A stretch of 57,226 nucleotides of DNA. It comes from Vitrella brassicaformis CCMP3155 (Eukaryota; Protista; Chromerida). The stretch is from assembly GCA_001179505.1 (NCBI GenBank), contig CDMY01000529.1:1-57226 (forward strand), written 5' to 3'. Position numbers and translations under genes: made by a program. Each line of letters begins with the position of its first letter. The first letter of the stretch is position 1. Under the pieces are notes generated by a model, which worked only from the letters and a program-made list of their open reading frames with translations, was not told the DNA's origin and did no database searches. Positions 12,549-22,909 of this stretch are shown in pieces.

Positions 12549-13601
12549 GTGGGAAAGGGAGGGGAAGATGGGAGAGCCGTAGAGTGGGGGGTGAAGTGGC
12601 TGCACGTTTCGCTGCTTTTCGTTGCAACTCGAGGGCACTGAGTGCTTTGTATGTGCATACGGACAAGATTGACTCGGTCTCATTCAAGAACGTGTCTTTC
12701 GTATGCGTGGCCTCCATGAAGTGTCTCGAGCACTCAGTCTGGTGACAGTGCGGCGTTGCTTGAGTGAGGCCACTACATGAAGCCATTCTGCTCTGGATAG
12801 ACCCACCTTCATTGATTGAACGTGCCGGTCGGTCCTTGTTTCGTGAATGACAGTCTTCACTTCACAGCTGGATTGATCCCATTCACGCTTGTCACTGCGC
12901 CGGCTGACAAGTGAAGAGCATGAAATGGGTCAATCCAGCCGAGGAATGGAGACACAGAGAGGCAGGGCACGTACGGGAAAGACAATCACTGACACATGAG
13001 TCAGCATGCAGCAAACACGTCAAGCCGCCCGCCCGCCCTGGGCAACCAGTCAGCTATCGACAGAAACGTATGCACGCAGGCAGTGGCTGCGGAGACAGCC
13101 GTGCCCGCTGATCAGTCTTGTGGTCTTGTGGTGTGCTGGCAATCGAAGGACTGATCGAAGCAGCAGAGACAGACTGTCAGTGCATTCATGCCTTCACACG
13201 GTGCATTCATCCGCTGTAAGAGAGAGATTGATTGATGGCCTCCACACAGCGGACATACACACATCACACACACACACACACCACGTGGAGGCGGGTGGGA
13301 CGTAGGTGTGTGTGTCGGCAGAGAAGGAACGGCCGGGAGGAATGCATGGATGTCGAGGCTCATGGAAATCCATATGGATGATCAGACACGCACCTTACTG
13401 TCACTGCACGCACGTCCCCTACGCAGAAAGAGTGCACCAGCACTTCCCTTCACCCACACCCACCCATCCATCCACACCACACACTGATCCTTCAAGGAAG
13501 CAAGAGTGTGAAAACGACCCATCGACACGCAGATTGCATCACCCAGCCCCCACACGCCAGACACGATGTTCCCCACAGAAAGCTAGGCACCCATCGACAT
13601 G

Positions 13602-16600
13602 TCATGAATGCGTTGGCAGCCTCACCAGCTGCAGCTCTACTCGTGGAGGGTACCCCTCCTCATCGTCGTCATCGTCGTCCCCCGCCCTGCTCAAATCGGC
13701 AATCAGCCCATAGTGGGCTTTCTCTGCCTGATCGATGCACTGCTCCACTTCTCTACGGAACTCGGCCTCTCTGCCCTCGCCCCCCTCCCGATCGTGCAGA
13801 GAAGTCAGATAGACAGTCGCTTTCAGACAGACAGTCGCAGGCCGCACAGCAGCGATCAAAGCGACGCCAGACGCAAGCCCACTCATCGTGTTGCTATTGA
13901 TCACTTCGACAGTCATGGAGGCGATGTGAGGGTATCGGGCGCAGTCAGAGATGGCAAGCACCTCTGAGCTACACACCGAGGCCCTCGTCTGCACCTTGAC
14001 GCTCTCTAGCTTGGCAGTGGGGGGCAGCTGCGATAGGCAAAACGCTGCCACGCCCAGGTTCGGCAAACGTGTCAGACTGACTGTCGTGAGCCTGTCTAAG
14101 GTGCCCAGCAATGTGCCTGGGCCATCGAGCCCGACAGGCACGCCGTCACACACACCCAGATCGAGAACGAGGCTGGTGATGTTGGGCAGATGGCGATTGC
14201 CACCGGTGGTGTCGCTCTTGGCTGCCATCCACTGCGGCACACTCGACAAGGCCCGGGATGACGTCAGCCCCCTCACAGACAGCGTGGTGGCCTTGGTGAA
14301 GACCAGCAGGCCGGCCCATGACTGGTCCAGAGGCCTCCCGCCACACCGCAGAGTCACCTGGCCGGACAAGACAGACGGACGGACGGACGGACAGGCAGAC
14401 ATACAGATAGTACGCAGGAACCGATGTGCGTCCCTTTGAGGCCTCCTGTCTTGTGTGTTGCTCACCTCATCGGCCGTGCTACACATGTCTTTGATCATTT
14501 TGGCGATGGGGCCAGTGGGTGCAGGAGGGGAAATGACGAGGTCCCTGGAGCAGTCCACAACCACCTCATCGACCCTCCAGTCGACCGTGCAGTTGACCGA
14601 CGCTGCAGACAAACCCACACACAAGAGATGCACAGCATCCACTGCAATCCTCCCGCTTGTCCATTCGTCGGTTTGTCGTACCGACTTACCCTGCCCAGTT
14701 GAGGAAGTCAGGGAGGCTCATGGCATCAGTGTCTGTGGGATGGAGCAGCTCATGGGTAAAGGGGACGGAGATCTTGTCACCGAACTCCAGGCCGATCCTG
14801 TTGTCAACATCTGCACACAGCCACAAAAACAATGCGGTCAGCCTGTCGGTGGTTCCTCTCTCTGTTCTCGCTCGGTGGCTCGCGCACCCTTCAGGCTATC
14901 CTTGCTCCAGATGGGGTCGAGATCACGCTTTAGCTTGCCCAGCTTGCGGGCGAATTCGTGGCTCAGGCCCAGGTGCACCCACTCGATGTCGGTGAGGTGC
15001 GGGCATCCCTGAATGAGGGAGGCGAAATCCTCCTCCTCATCGCGAGTAGACACGTACTCGACCGCTGCACACAAGGAGAGAGGGATAGAGAATTTATCCA
15101 TCGATGCAGCACGTGCATGTGAGAGGCATGATTGCTTACACAGGGACTTGAGCTTGGGGGCACGCTTCATAATGTCCTTGGCACCTTCATACTGATGCCA
15201 GGGTGTGGGACCCTCCACTCGCAGGCGAAAAAGTGATGGGAATCGCCACCGCCACCCACGGAAGCTAAACGCACGCACACACACACAGAGGGGATGATCA
15301 GTGCATAGCGGTGTGACAATGAAGAGCAGTGATGCTTACCCACGGCGAGCTGGCCACCGTTCAACGTAGAGGTCCTCCAGCTGTGAGAAGCACACCCTGG
15401 GCCGCGATGTCGGCACGCCGTAGTAGTAATCCTCGAAACCCGGGGTGTCGTCGCAGAGCTTCATGCTCCTCACTGTGTCGCGGGAGGCCTCGATGCACTT
15501 GAGAGGGAAGTCGAGGCGCTTCCAGTGAGTGCTGATGTGCGCCGTCCGCAGCCGACCCTGCCACCAGACAGACAGACAGAGATCAGCCATGGTCACTTGA
15601 CTTGGCTGGTATGGTGTACTTGCGCACCAGTTTCTGCTTCAGTACATCGAGGGCGTCTTGCTCTCTCAGCCGCTTGCTCGGCCGTCTGAGGTCCGCACCG
15701 CCCGTCACCCCCTCCCCGGCCGAGTCGTCCTCTCCCTCCCTCACCGAGTCGTCCTCCTTTTCCTTCTCTTCTTCATCCTCCTGGTCCTCTTCCTGTTCCT
15801 CCTCCTCCTCGTCGTCGTCGTCGTCGTCTTCTTGTTGTTGTTCTTCCTGCTCCTCCTCATCTTCTTCTATATCCTCCTCACTGCTGTCGTCGCCATGGAC
15901 GCCGATGTCCTCGAGCGTCCGCCTGGCGTTCCTCCGAATGCCCCGATTCCACCACTCTCGCTCGTCCACACCAATGACCAAGTGGCGGTACACGCCCCTC
16001 GTGTCGTCGGTGACGACCTGCTTCATGGCCTGGTTGACGCGGGAGAGGGGCGCGGCGTCTTTGGTGGGCATGAAGGCCAACACGATGTGCGCCACGTCGG
16101 GCGGCAGGTCGTCCAGACTCGGACGACCGAGCTGACCACACACACAGGGGCCCACATGTCATGTGTGTGGATGTTTGGGCTGATTTGGTGTGGCTTGCCT
16201 GGGTTATTGTGGCGTCTGGTGGGAGGGTTTTGGTGGCGATGGGCTGCGGGAGTGGCGGCTTGGCGACTGCCACGTTGTCGAGTGTCTTGATGAGACCCCG
16301 CAGCGTGTCGTGTCGCGACGCCACCGACTGCTCCACCGTCATCAGCTTATTCGACAGGCCCGGCACCTGCCAACACACATCACCACTCACAGAGAGGAGG
16401 AGAAGGGCGTGTGTGTGTGTGTGTGTGTGTACCTTGTCGGCCAGTGTGGGAGTGACGTGTGGTCGCATCTCTGACAGCACGGCCGCCGTCTGCGCCTCGA
16501 GCGATTTGATCTTCCTCAACAAGGGGACCAGCCGACAAACATTCGCCCTGTCGGCCTGATGAGATGAACACACGGGCACACACAGAGCCATCAAGTGTGT

Positions 16601-16973
16601 CTGTCTGCGTGTGTCGTCCCTGCAGGTGGCTGTGCTGCTGACCCAGTCTATGACGGGATGCACCTCTTGGTCCGACGGCTGGCCGCCATCTACAGCTACA
16701 CCAGTGCTACATCCACCACCTGAGAGAGAGAGAGAGAGCGCATCACAACAAAGGCAGCCGGCCATCAAAGAGTGAGTCGGTCTGTTCCCTTCATGGGTCC
16801 CTCTTCCCACCTCCAGCAGCAGCAGCAGCCGGCGATGAGTCATCATTGTCCACACGCGGCCGCTTGCCGGCATTCTCGTCAGCTCCGCCAGACATCTGCA
16901 AACCAACAACAGATCTGAGCTGGCTGCTCCTCTCTCTCTCTTTGGTTCTGTCGTGGTTGGCACGTACCTCCAT
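13602..16973 (-). CDS. F-box-like protein with N-terminal coiled coil, acidic tract and degenerate LRR-like C-terminus; multi-exon
   Basis: F-box-like SLDDLPPDVAHIVLAFMPTKDAAPLSRVNQAMKQ (~16130-16020); E/D-rich run 15760-15900; LRR-like segments CFSQLEDLYV, FPSLFRLRV, APKLKSL, CPHLTDIEW, LPNITSLVLDL; NLS-like GKRPRV and RRPSKRLR; ATG GAG|gtacgt at 16973. Confidence 0.7.
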
Positions 16974-17349
16974 GAGTTGCTATGGGCGAACCAGCAGATG
17001 GGTCATCTCGCGCTCGCCAACAAGACGTGCAACAAGCCGGGCTGGGAGGTCTCCACCGCTCTCTCGGCTGTACAGTGAGGAACGGTGGTCACCTCGGCAT
17101 CTCAGCTTTGCTCCAACTTCTCCTCGCGAGCAGACTGGAGCTTTGTGCCTTTTTTTGCTTGGTCTTTGCTGGTGACGATTCAGCCCTTTTGGAGGCTCAT
17201 CAGATACCATGAGGTCGTCAGATCTCTTCGTTTGCTGACTCGCCTTCGGAGCTGCTGCTGCTGCTGCTGCGGAGCCTTTCCGGCGTCCCCTCCCGCCTCA
17301 GCAGGACACACACGAGCTGCGGTGCTTTGCCCGCCCACCAACATCCACC

Positions 17350-19825
17350 ATGTCCCGCCAAACCGACATCCGTGGCTTCCTGCGGCCTGGCGGTGCATCA
17401 GGCGAGGCAGAAGAGGAGCCCCAGCAGCACCACGAGGAGCAGCCGACAAGTAAGATGGCAATCTCGACAAAGACGTGCTGTGAAATACACTGATGTGTGA
17501 TGTGTGTTCGTGTGTGTGTCAGATTTCAGCAGCCCGGAGGCCCAGGCCATCGCCAATGTGATCGTCACACAGCGACAGCTGGTAAGAATACCCATACACG
17601 AATGGCTCAGGCGTCCATCGCCGCATTTATTTGTCTGTTGTGGTCAGGCTGCCCCGCCGCCCAACGCGTCGCTGTGCGGCTTCCCGCCCGAGGAGCTGGC
17701 CGGCGTGTGCGAGCATCTGCCCGTCGAGCAGTCCTTCCGCCTGGCTCTCATCAACAAGACCATGCAGGACACGTGCCTTTCGCCGTTCGTCATCCGCCAT
17801 CTGATCATCACCCCTCAGACACACCAGCTGTGGCGCAAGGCACCGTGCCCACACACCACAGAGCGGCCCTTGCAAGGGCCGTGCCCGCGGTGCCAGTGGG
17901 TGAATCGGCTCCGCAGCCAGCTGACCCACCTGAAGAGGGCCAGCATCGATGTGGGTGACGACCTGCATTACGACCACAACCGTGACGCCGACATCTTGCA
18001 GCGTCTGCAAGAAGCGCATCAGTTCCGCGGGGTGTACCTGATGGTGCTGGAGGCGTCGGCTATGTCGCTCGAGAAGTGCCAGCTATTCGAGGTGGAGCCC
18101 GAGGACGCACAAGCCTGAGATGGACCATCGGGCACCTCCGCTGACGACCGTCCCTCCCCGCCAGCAGAGTGCGACAGAGTGGTCTTCGGCAAGCTGGAGG
18201 AGGTGGTGCTGGGCGGAGGCCTCTGGAAGGGCTACGCCTACTCATTGCGGTGGTCCCTCCCTGCCCTCACGACATTCGTCAGCACACTCCTGCGCCCCAA
18301 CTACCTCATGTGCTGGATCCGCGCGTCCAGCCGCCTCGTCCACCTGCACGTGAAGCTCATCAACATCCACAACTTGAGGCGCGCCCTGTCGGTCGTCCCA
18401 TCGCTCAAGAACCTGACCTCGCTGGGGTGCGCCCTCACCCAGGGGACCGACGCACTGTCCTGGCAGCTGCTGCTGAGTGTGCTGGACGACAAGGGGGCCA
18501 TCGGCCGCAACGGCCGTATCCACACACTCGGCGTGTGTGTGGAGGTGACGGTTCCTGTTGACGAGGAGGAGGCTGCGCTGGCGAACACGCTGGACAGCCT
18601 GCGAGCACTCGACACGGCCATCCATCTGCTGGCGGGTGTGGGCATATCGGCTGCCGACACTCAAGTGACGGCCATCCCCATCGCATCGTGGGAGGACCAT
18701 ATCATGACCAACGTGGTCAACCAGCCACACCACGGGATCCAGTCGTCTTCGAGTGCTGCAGCTGTGTGCCAGCCGTCTGTGGGCGGCGGGAGGAGGGCGC
18801 CGCTCTTCCCCAACATGGTGCCCACAGATGACCATGACGACGATAACGCGAGTGGCGAGATGGCCAAGAAGAAGCCCACACAGCGGCCGGTGAAGCTGCT
18901 CGTCTGGACGCCGTCTGCATTCGACGACAGGCTGCTGCGTCTCGGCCTGACAGCCTCCGACGTGCTGCCCAAGAAGATCGTCCGCGAGATGGCCCGTGTG
19001 GCCAGGTCTATGAAGGTCAAAACGGTGTCGGTCGCGGCACCGGCGGGCAGCTTCGGCGACTACGTGTTCGAGTCACTGACGGCACTGCACCTCTGGTCCT
19101 GGCCCACACTCACCCTGCCGCCGCTGCCGCCGCTGCCGCCGCTGCCGCCCCTGGCATCTGCAGGCCCTGGTGTCCGTCCCAGTCGCTTCCCGCAGGTGAC
19201 CAAGATGGGCCTGGAGCTGCGGCTCTCTTCCATGGCGGCGCTGGAGGCTTCGGGCATCAAGCCCTTCCTGAGCGAGGTGGAGGGGCAGGTGGTCAACCTG
19301 TGTGTCATCACGGAAGCGCCTCAGCACGATGGCGACGGTGTGTCCGACGTGGAGGCAAGGATCGGGACCGCTCGAGGCATGGCAGAGGTCCTCATCGAGT
19401 GCATCCGGACGCTGGGCGTGTCGCAGCTGGAGCGACTTGCCTGGGAGCACGCCGCCAACAGCGAGCGCGAGATTGCGTCGCTGCCGTCCGCATGCTACCC
19501 CCAGCACCAGCTCTTCACCACCCCCGCTCTCGCCGCCCGCCTGCCGCTCATCAAGCACCTGAGCATCGGCATGCCCTACTGCGTCCACGAGCGGTTTGGC
19601 GACGTGCGGCTGGACTTCATGATGGCTGTCATCAATAACACACCGGGCCTCAAGAAGGTCGAGTTCCGCGAGAGTGTGCAGATGCCGGACATGATGCTGG
19701 AGGGCGAGCTGAGGCACTCGCCTGCGTATCTCGCATCTGCTGCCGTGGATGAGGCGCTCGCGTCGGCCGGATCGCCATTTGTGGTGGTCAAGACGGACGA
19801 CCGGACACTCACACTGGAGCGATGA
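17350..19825 (+). CDS. F-box-like/LRR-like protein, paralog A, with N-terminal PIP-box-like motif; interrupted by an in-frame TGA (18116-18118)
   Basis: Exon1 MSRQTDIRGFLRP...; exon2 FSSPEAQAIANVIVTQRQL; exon3 SLCGFPPEELAGVCEHLPVEQSFRLALINKTM (F-box-like). ORFs 17504-18118 and 18179-19825 are in the same frame, separated only by TGA. Colinear with paralog B. Confidence 0.75.
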
Positions 19826-20232
19826 AGAGAGCGGGGGAGAGCAATACTTACTGACCGGATGGGGGGAGGGAGAGGAGGAGACGGACCTATCTGCAGATAG
19901 GTGCCGCGTCGCAGACGGACCTAGATCCCGGAACGCCGTGTTGGTTTAGTGCTGGGGCTGTCTATCCGGATGTGTGTGGATGTCCTTGTTGCTGCGTGAC
20001 GTACTGGACACGTTTATCATAATCCTTTTTCGACCATACGCTGCGGATCCATCAGATCCATCTCATCGTTCTTTCATGAATCGCCCGCCCGTGTGTGTCC
20101 TCCATGCACGTGCAGCGAGTCACTTCAGTCTGTCTGTGAGTCGCCCTCCCTCCCCTCTGTCGATAAACACCACTTCAGATAAATGCACACATTGAAACGC
20201 ATATTCACACGAAGGGGAGTCCGTCCGCCCAG

Positions 20233-20262
<30 letters not shown>
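20233..20262 (+). repeat. Pure C30 homopolymer (G30 on minus strand, G-quadruplex-capable)
   Basis: Uninterrupted run of C directly visible. Confidence 0.9.
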
Positions 20263-20263
<1 letters not shown>

Positions 20264-20994
20264 CTCATCCGCTCGGGGCCAGCCGCCACCACCGCCACGA
20301 GATGGTGACAGCCAGCACTACAAAAGTGGATGTGGACGAATTACACACACATGGCGGACATGCAGCAGACAGACAGACAGACACAGACAGGGCACTCATG
20401 TAGCTGATGCCATGCTAAAACAACTGGGTCTCTTGTGCCACGAAAATCTCTTTTCTGTCTGTCTGCTTGAGTGTGTTCCCCCCCACCAGCAGCACAGCAC
20501 GCTTCACACGCATGCCATGCATCGTGAACAGGAAAAAGAGAGCCGCCGCATGTTCAAACACACACGAACGACACAGGCAGACAGTGAGGCCGCCAGTTCG
20601 TGTGTGTGGTGGGGTAGGTGGCGCTCGAAGAACCAGATTAGGCACGGAGCCAGCTATATACACAATTACAGAGTTACAGGCGACGAGAGAGAGAGGATGG
20701 AAAACAAGAGAAAAACCCGAAGCCGCGCGCCCAGTGGGTGGGATGAGCCGGGCAGCGACCCGTGGACGTACTCATACACACTTTCATGGCAAGCCATCAC
20801 TCAGACGGACATGTCAGACAGCCACCAGCCAGCGACATGGAATGATGGTCGTCTACCACCATGCCATGCTCATGACTGATGGCGACTTCACAAGTCCGTC
20901 GAGGTAGAGCACTCACTCACACCCGATTAGAAAAAACACAACCAGTCCTTGCCCCTCCCCCCATCGGTGTGTCGTGTGTCTTGTGATGGGTTGG

Positions 20995-21854
20995 TCACTG
21001 GATGGTGATCTGCTTCTTGACGGGCTGGATGGGCTCCTTCTGTGGGCAGGTCACCTTGAGGACGCCGTTGTCGTACTGGGCGGTGATGGCGGCCTCGTTG
21101 GTGTTGGGCAGACGCAGGCAGCGGTGGAACTTGCCCACTTGACGCTCCTACAATACACAAAAAGAGGGAGGTGCGGTGTGTACCCATGCAAGGATGGACC
21201 TGTGTGATGTACCTGGTAGAGCCAGCCCTCGCCCTCCTTTTTGTCTTCCTTCTTGCTCTCGCCAGAAATGCTCAGCAAACCGTCCTGGAAATCCAACTGA
21301 AACACATCACAACACAACACACACACACACACACAGGGTGAGGTGAGAGGCCATGGATGCCCCCTGCCCTCCCTCCCCCTCCCTCTCTCCCTCTGTCGAT
21401 CCAAATGCCCACGTGAGTACCTTGATGTCTTGCTTGGTCATGCCGGGCAGCTCAGCGGCCACGATGACGTTGTTGCTGTCGTCGTGGGATATGTCCATCC
21501 GCGGCGCCCAGGTGAGCAGCGACGAGATGCTGCTGGGCGGCCGCTCCTCGCTCACGTGCTGCGCTATCTGCCCGGTGGCGCCCTCCTGCTCGGCCGGTGT
21601 GGTGTCGGTGAGCATGACGCCGACGCCGGCGGGGCGTCCGCTGAGGCGGCCGACGTCGTTGAAGAGGGAGTCCATTTGGCGCTGCATCTGGCGCAGTTCA
21701 CGGCCCAGCGAACGGAAATCGGCACCTACAGCCATCAACACACACGCAGAGAGAGAGAGGGCACGGCACACAGCAGAGAGGTGAGCAGGCAGACAGACGA
21801 GGTGATGTGCCCTGCATGTGTGTGTGCGTTACCGAATGGGTCGTAGCGGAACAT
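20995..21854 (-). CDS. HSP20: Small heat shock protein (HSP20/alpha-crystallin), intact, 4 exons
   Basis: MFRYDPF | ...WAPRMDISHDDSNNVIVAAELPGMTKQDIK | LDFQDGLLSISGESKKE...WLYQ | ERQVGKFHRCLRLPNTNEAAITAQYDNGVLKVTCPQ; hallmark WAPxxDI, AELPG, ERxxGxFxRxxxLP and AxYxNGVL motifs. Confidence 0.95.
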
Positions 21855-21991
21855 CTTGGCTACTCGGGGCAGTGGTGAGAACTTCAGCTCGACAGGGGCA
21901 CAGGGGCAAACCGACGGAGAGACGACTTGGCAGGCAGATCGAAGACGGATGGATGAAAGAATGGATGAACAGATCAGCGCGTCCACAGGTG

Positions 21992-22033
21992 GCAGGATGG
22001 CTTGGGTAGGACGGCTTTTGCAGGACGGCTTGG
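21992..22033 (+). repeat. Three tandem degenerate 14-bp units (GCAGGACGGCTTGG)
   Basis: gcaggatggcttgg / gtaggacggctttt / gcaggacggcttgg. Confidence 0.8.
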
Positions 22034-22050
22034 GGCAGGCCGGCGGGACG

Positions 22051-22213
22051 AAACCCTGAAACCCGAACCCTGAACATCTGCGAGCTTAGCTGAAAACCGT
22101 CGAGCATCTCTTTCCACACCCCGAGCCGCCGCCAGGGGAGCCGTTCGCACAGCCGCCGCTTGACCGATCCACAAACGACAGAGGAGCAGCTCGAGGCGGG
22201 CCCTGAACCCTGA
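22051..22213 (+). repeat. Interstitial telomere-like repeats (AAACCCT/GAACCCT variants) at 22051-22075 and 22201-22213
   Basis: aaaccctgaaacccgaaccctgaac and ccctgaaccctga; complement of the GGGTT(T/C)A-type alveolate telomere unit. Confidence 0.6.
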
Positions 22214-22269
22214 GCATCTCCAGGGCGTCCCACATCTTTCTATAAGCAACTCAAATTCAAGCTCGCTAC

Positions 22270-22723
22270 CCACCACCCACAGACCACCGGCGTCTTTTCG
22301 TGTTAGACGCTGCGGGAAATTCCCGCGCTGCCTGTGCTCGAGAGCTGGGGTCCAGCGAGGCGCGGGTGCGGAGATACGAGCGAAAATGCGTTTCGCACGC
22401 GGAGCAGTCACCCTCCCCGAGGACCACATAGCGCAGTGGTTGAGGCGTCCAGCGGGGGGGTACAGGGAGTCGCGGGTTCGAGTCCCTGGCGTGTATGTTA
22501 TGGCCACCACCACCACCCACCAAATCGTCCGCCGTCTTCTCATGTCAGACGCTGCGGAAGCTTCCCGCGTTGCCTGTGCTGGAGAGCTGCGGTCCGGGGA
22601 GGGGCGGGTGCGGAGATCGGAGCGGAAATGCGTTTCGCGCGGGTAGGAAAGGGAGTCGCGGGTTCGAACTACAGAGGGGACCAGTATTGAGCTCGCACAG
22701 GGCGTTCGTTCGTTCGTTCGTTC
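22270..22723 (+). mobile_element. tRNA-derived SINE-like / structured tandem element: two ~110-bp hairpin-rich bodies (22291-22402, 22533-22642), a tRNA-like head (22422-22495), a second B-box fragment (22651-22669) and a (GTTC)5 tail
   Basis: A-box TAGCGCAGTGG (22429-22439) with intact D-stem GCGC/GCGT; B-box GGTTCGAGTCC (22475-22485); anticodon and acceptor stems do not pair; 17-mer gggagtcgcgggttcga repeated; repeat period ~242 bp. Confidence 0.6.
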
Positions 22724-22909
22724 GTTTGTGCGACTCAGAGGGCACGGGCCAGCACGGGTCACCTCCCTAATACAGCTTCCAGACCGCCCGCGGACGCGCG
22801 GGCCAAACTCTAGTCTTTCCATAATTGCTGACTCGCCCACCCTTCGAGAGCTGTACTTCTCACCTCAGTAGGGCACAAGAGCTGCGCATCTAGCTGCCCG
22901 CCCAGCATC

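Noticed and set aside
16980-17210. 76-aa minus-strand ORF ending 6 nt before the F-box ATG
   Set aside because: No recognisable motif or coding bias; it may be a uORF but cannot be supported.
19885-19902. 18-bp perfect palindrome ACCTATCTGCAGATAGGT followed by CTAG at 19921 (Helitron 3'-end-like)
   Set aside because: Expected by chance about 0.2 times in 57 kb; the spacing to CTAG is 18 nt, the next base is A rather than T, the stem is not GC-rich, and no Rep/helicase is visible.
22422-22495. Functional tRNA gene
   Set aside because: A/B boxes and D-stem are present, but the anticodon and acceptor stems do not pair and the T-stem is partly mismatched; treated as tRNA-derived.
22316-22565. 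Heat-shock elements (GAAnnTTC) upstream of HSP20
   Set aside because: Only single dyads occur (one with wrong spacing), embedded in the hairpin repeat; there is no array of three or more pentamers.
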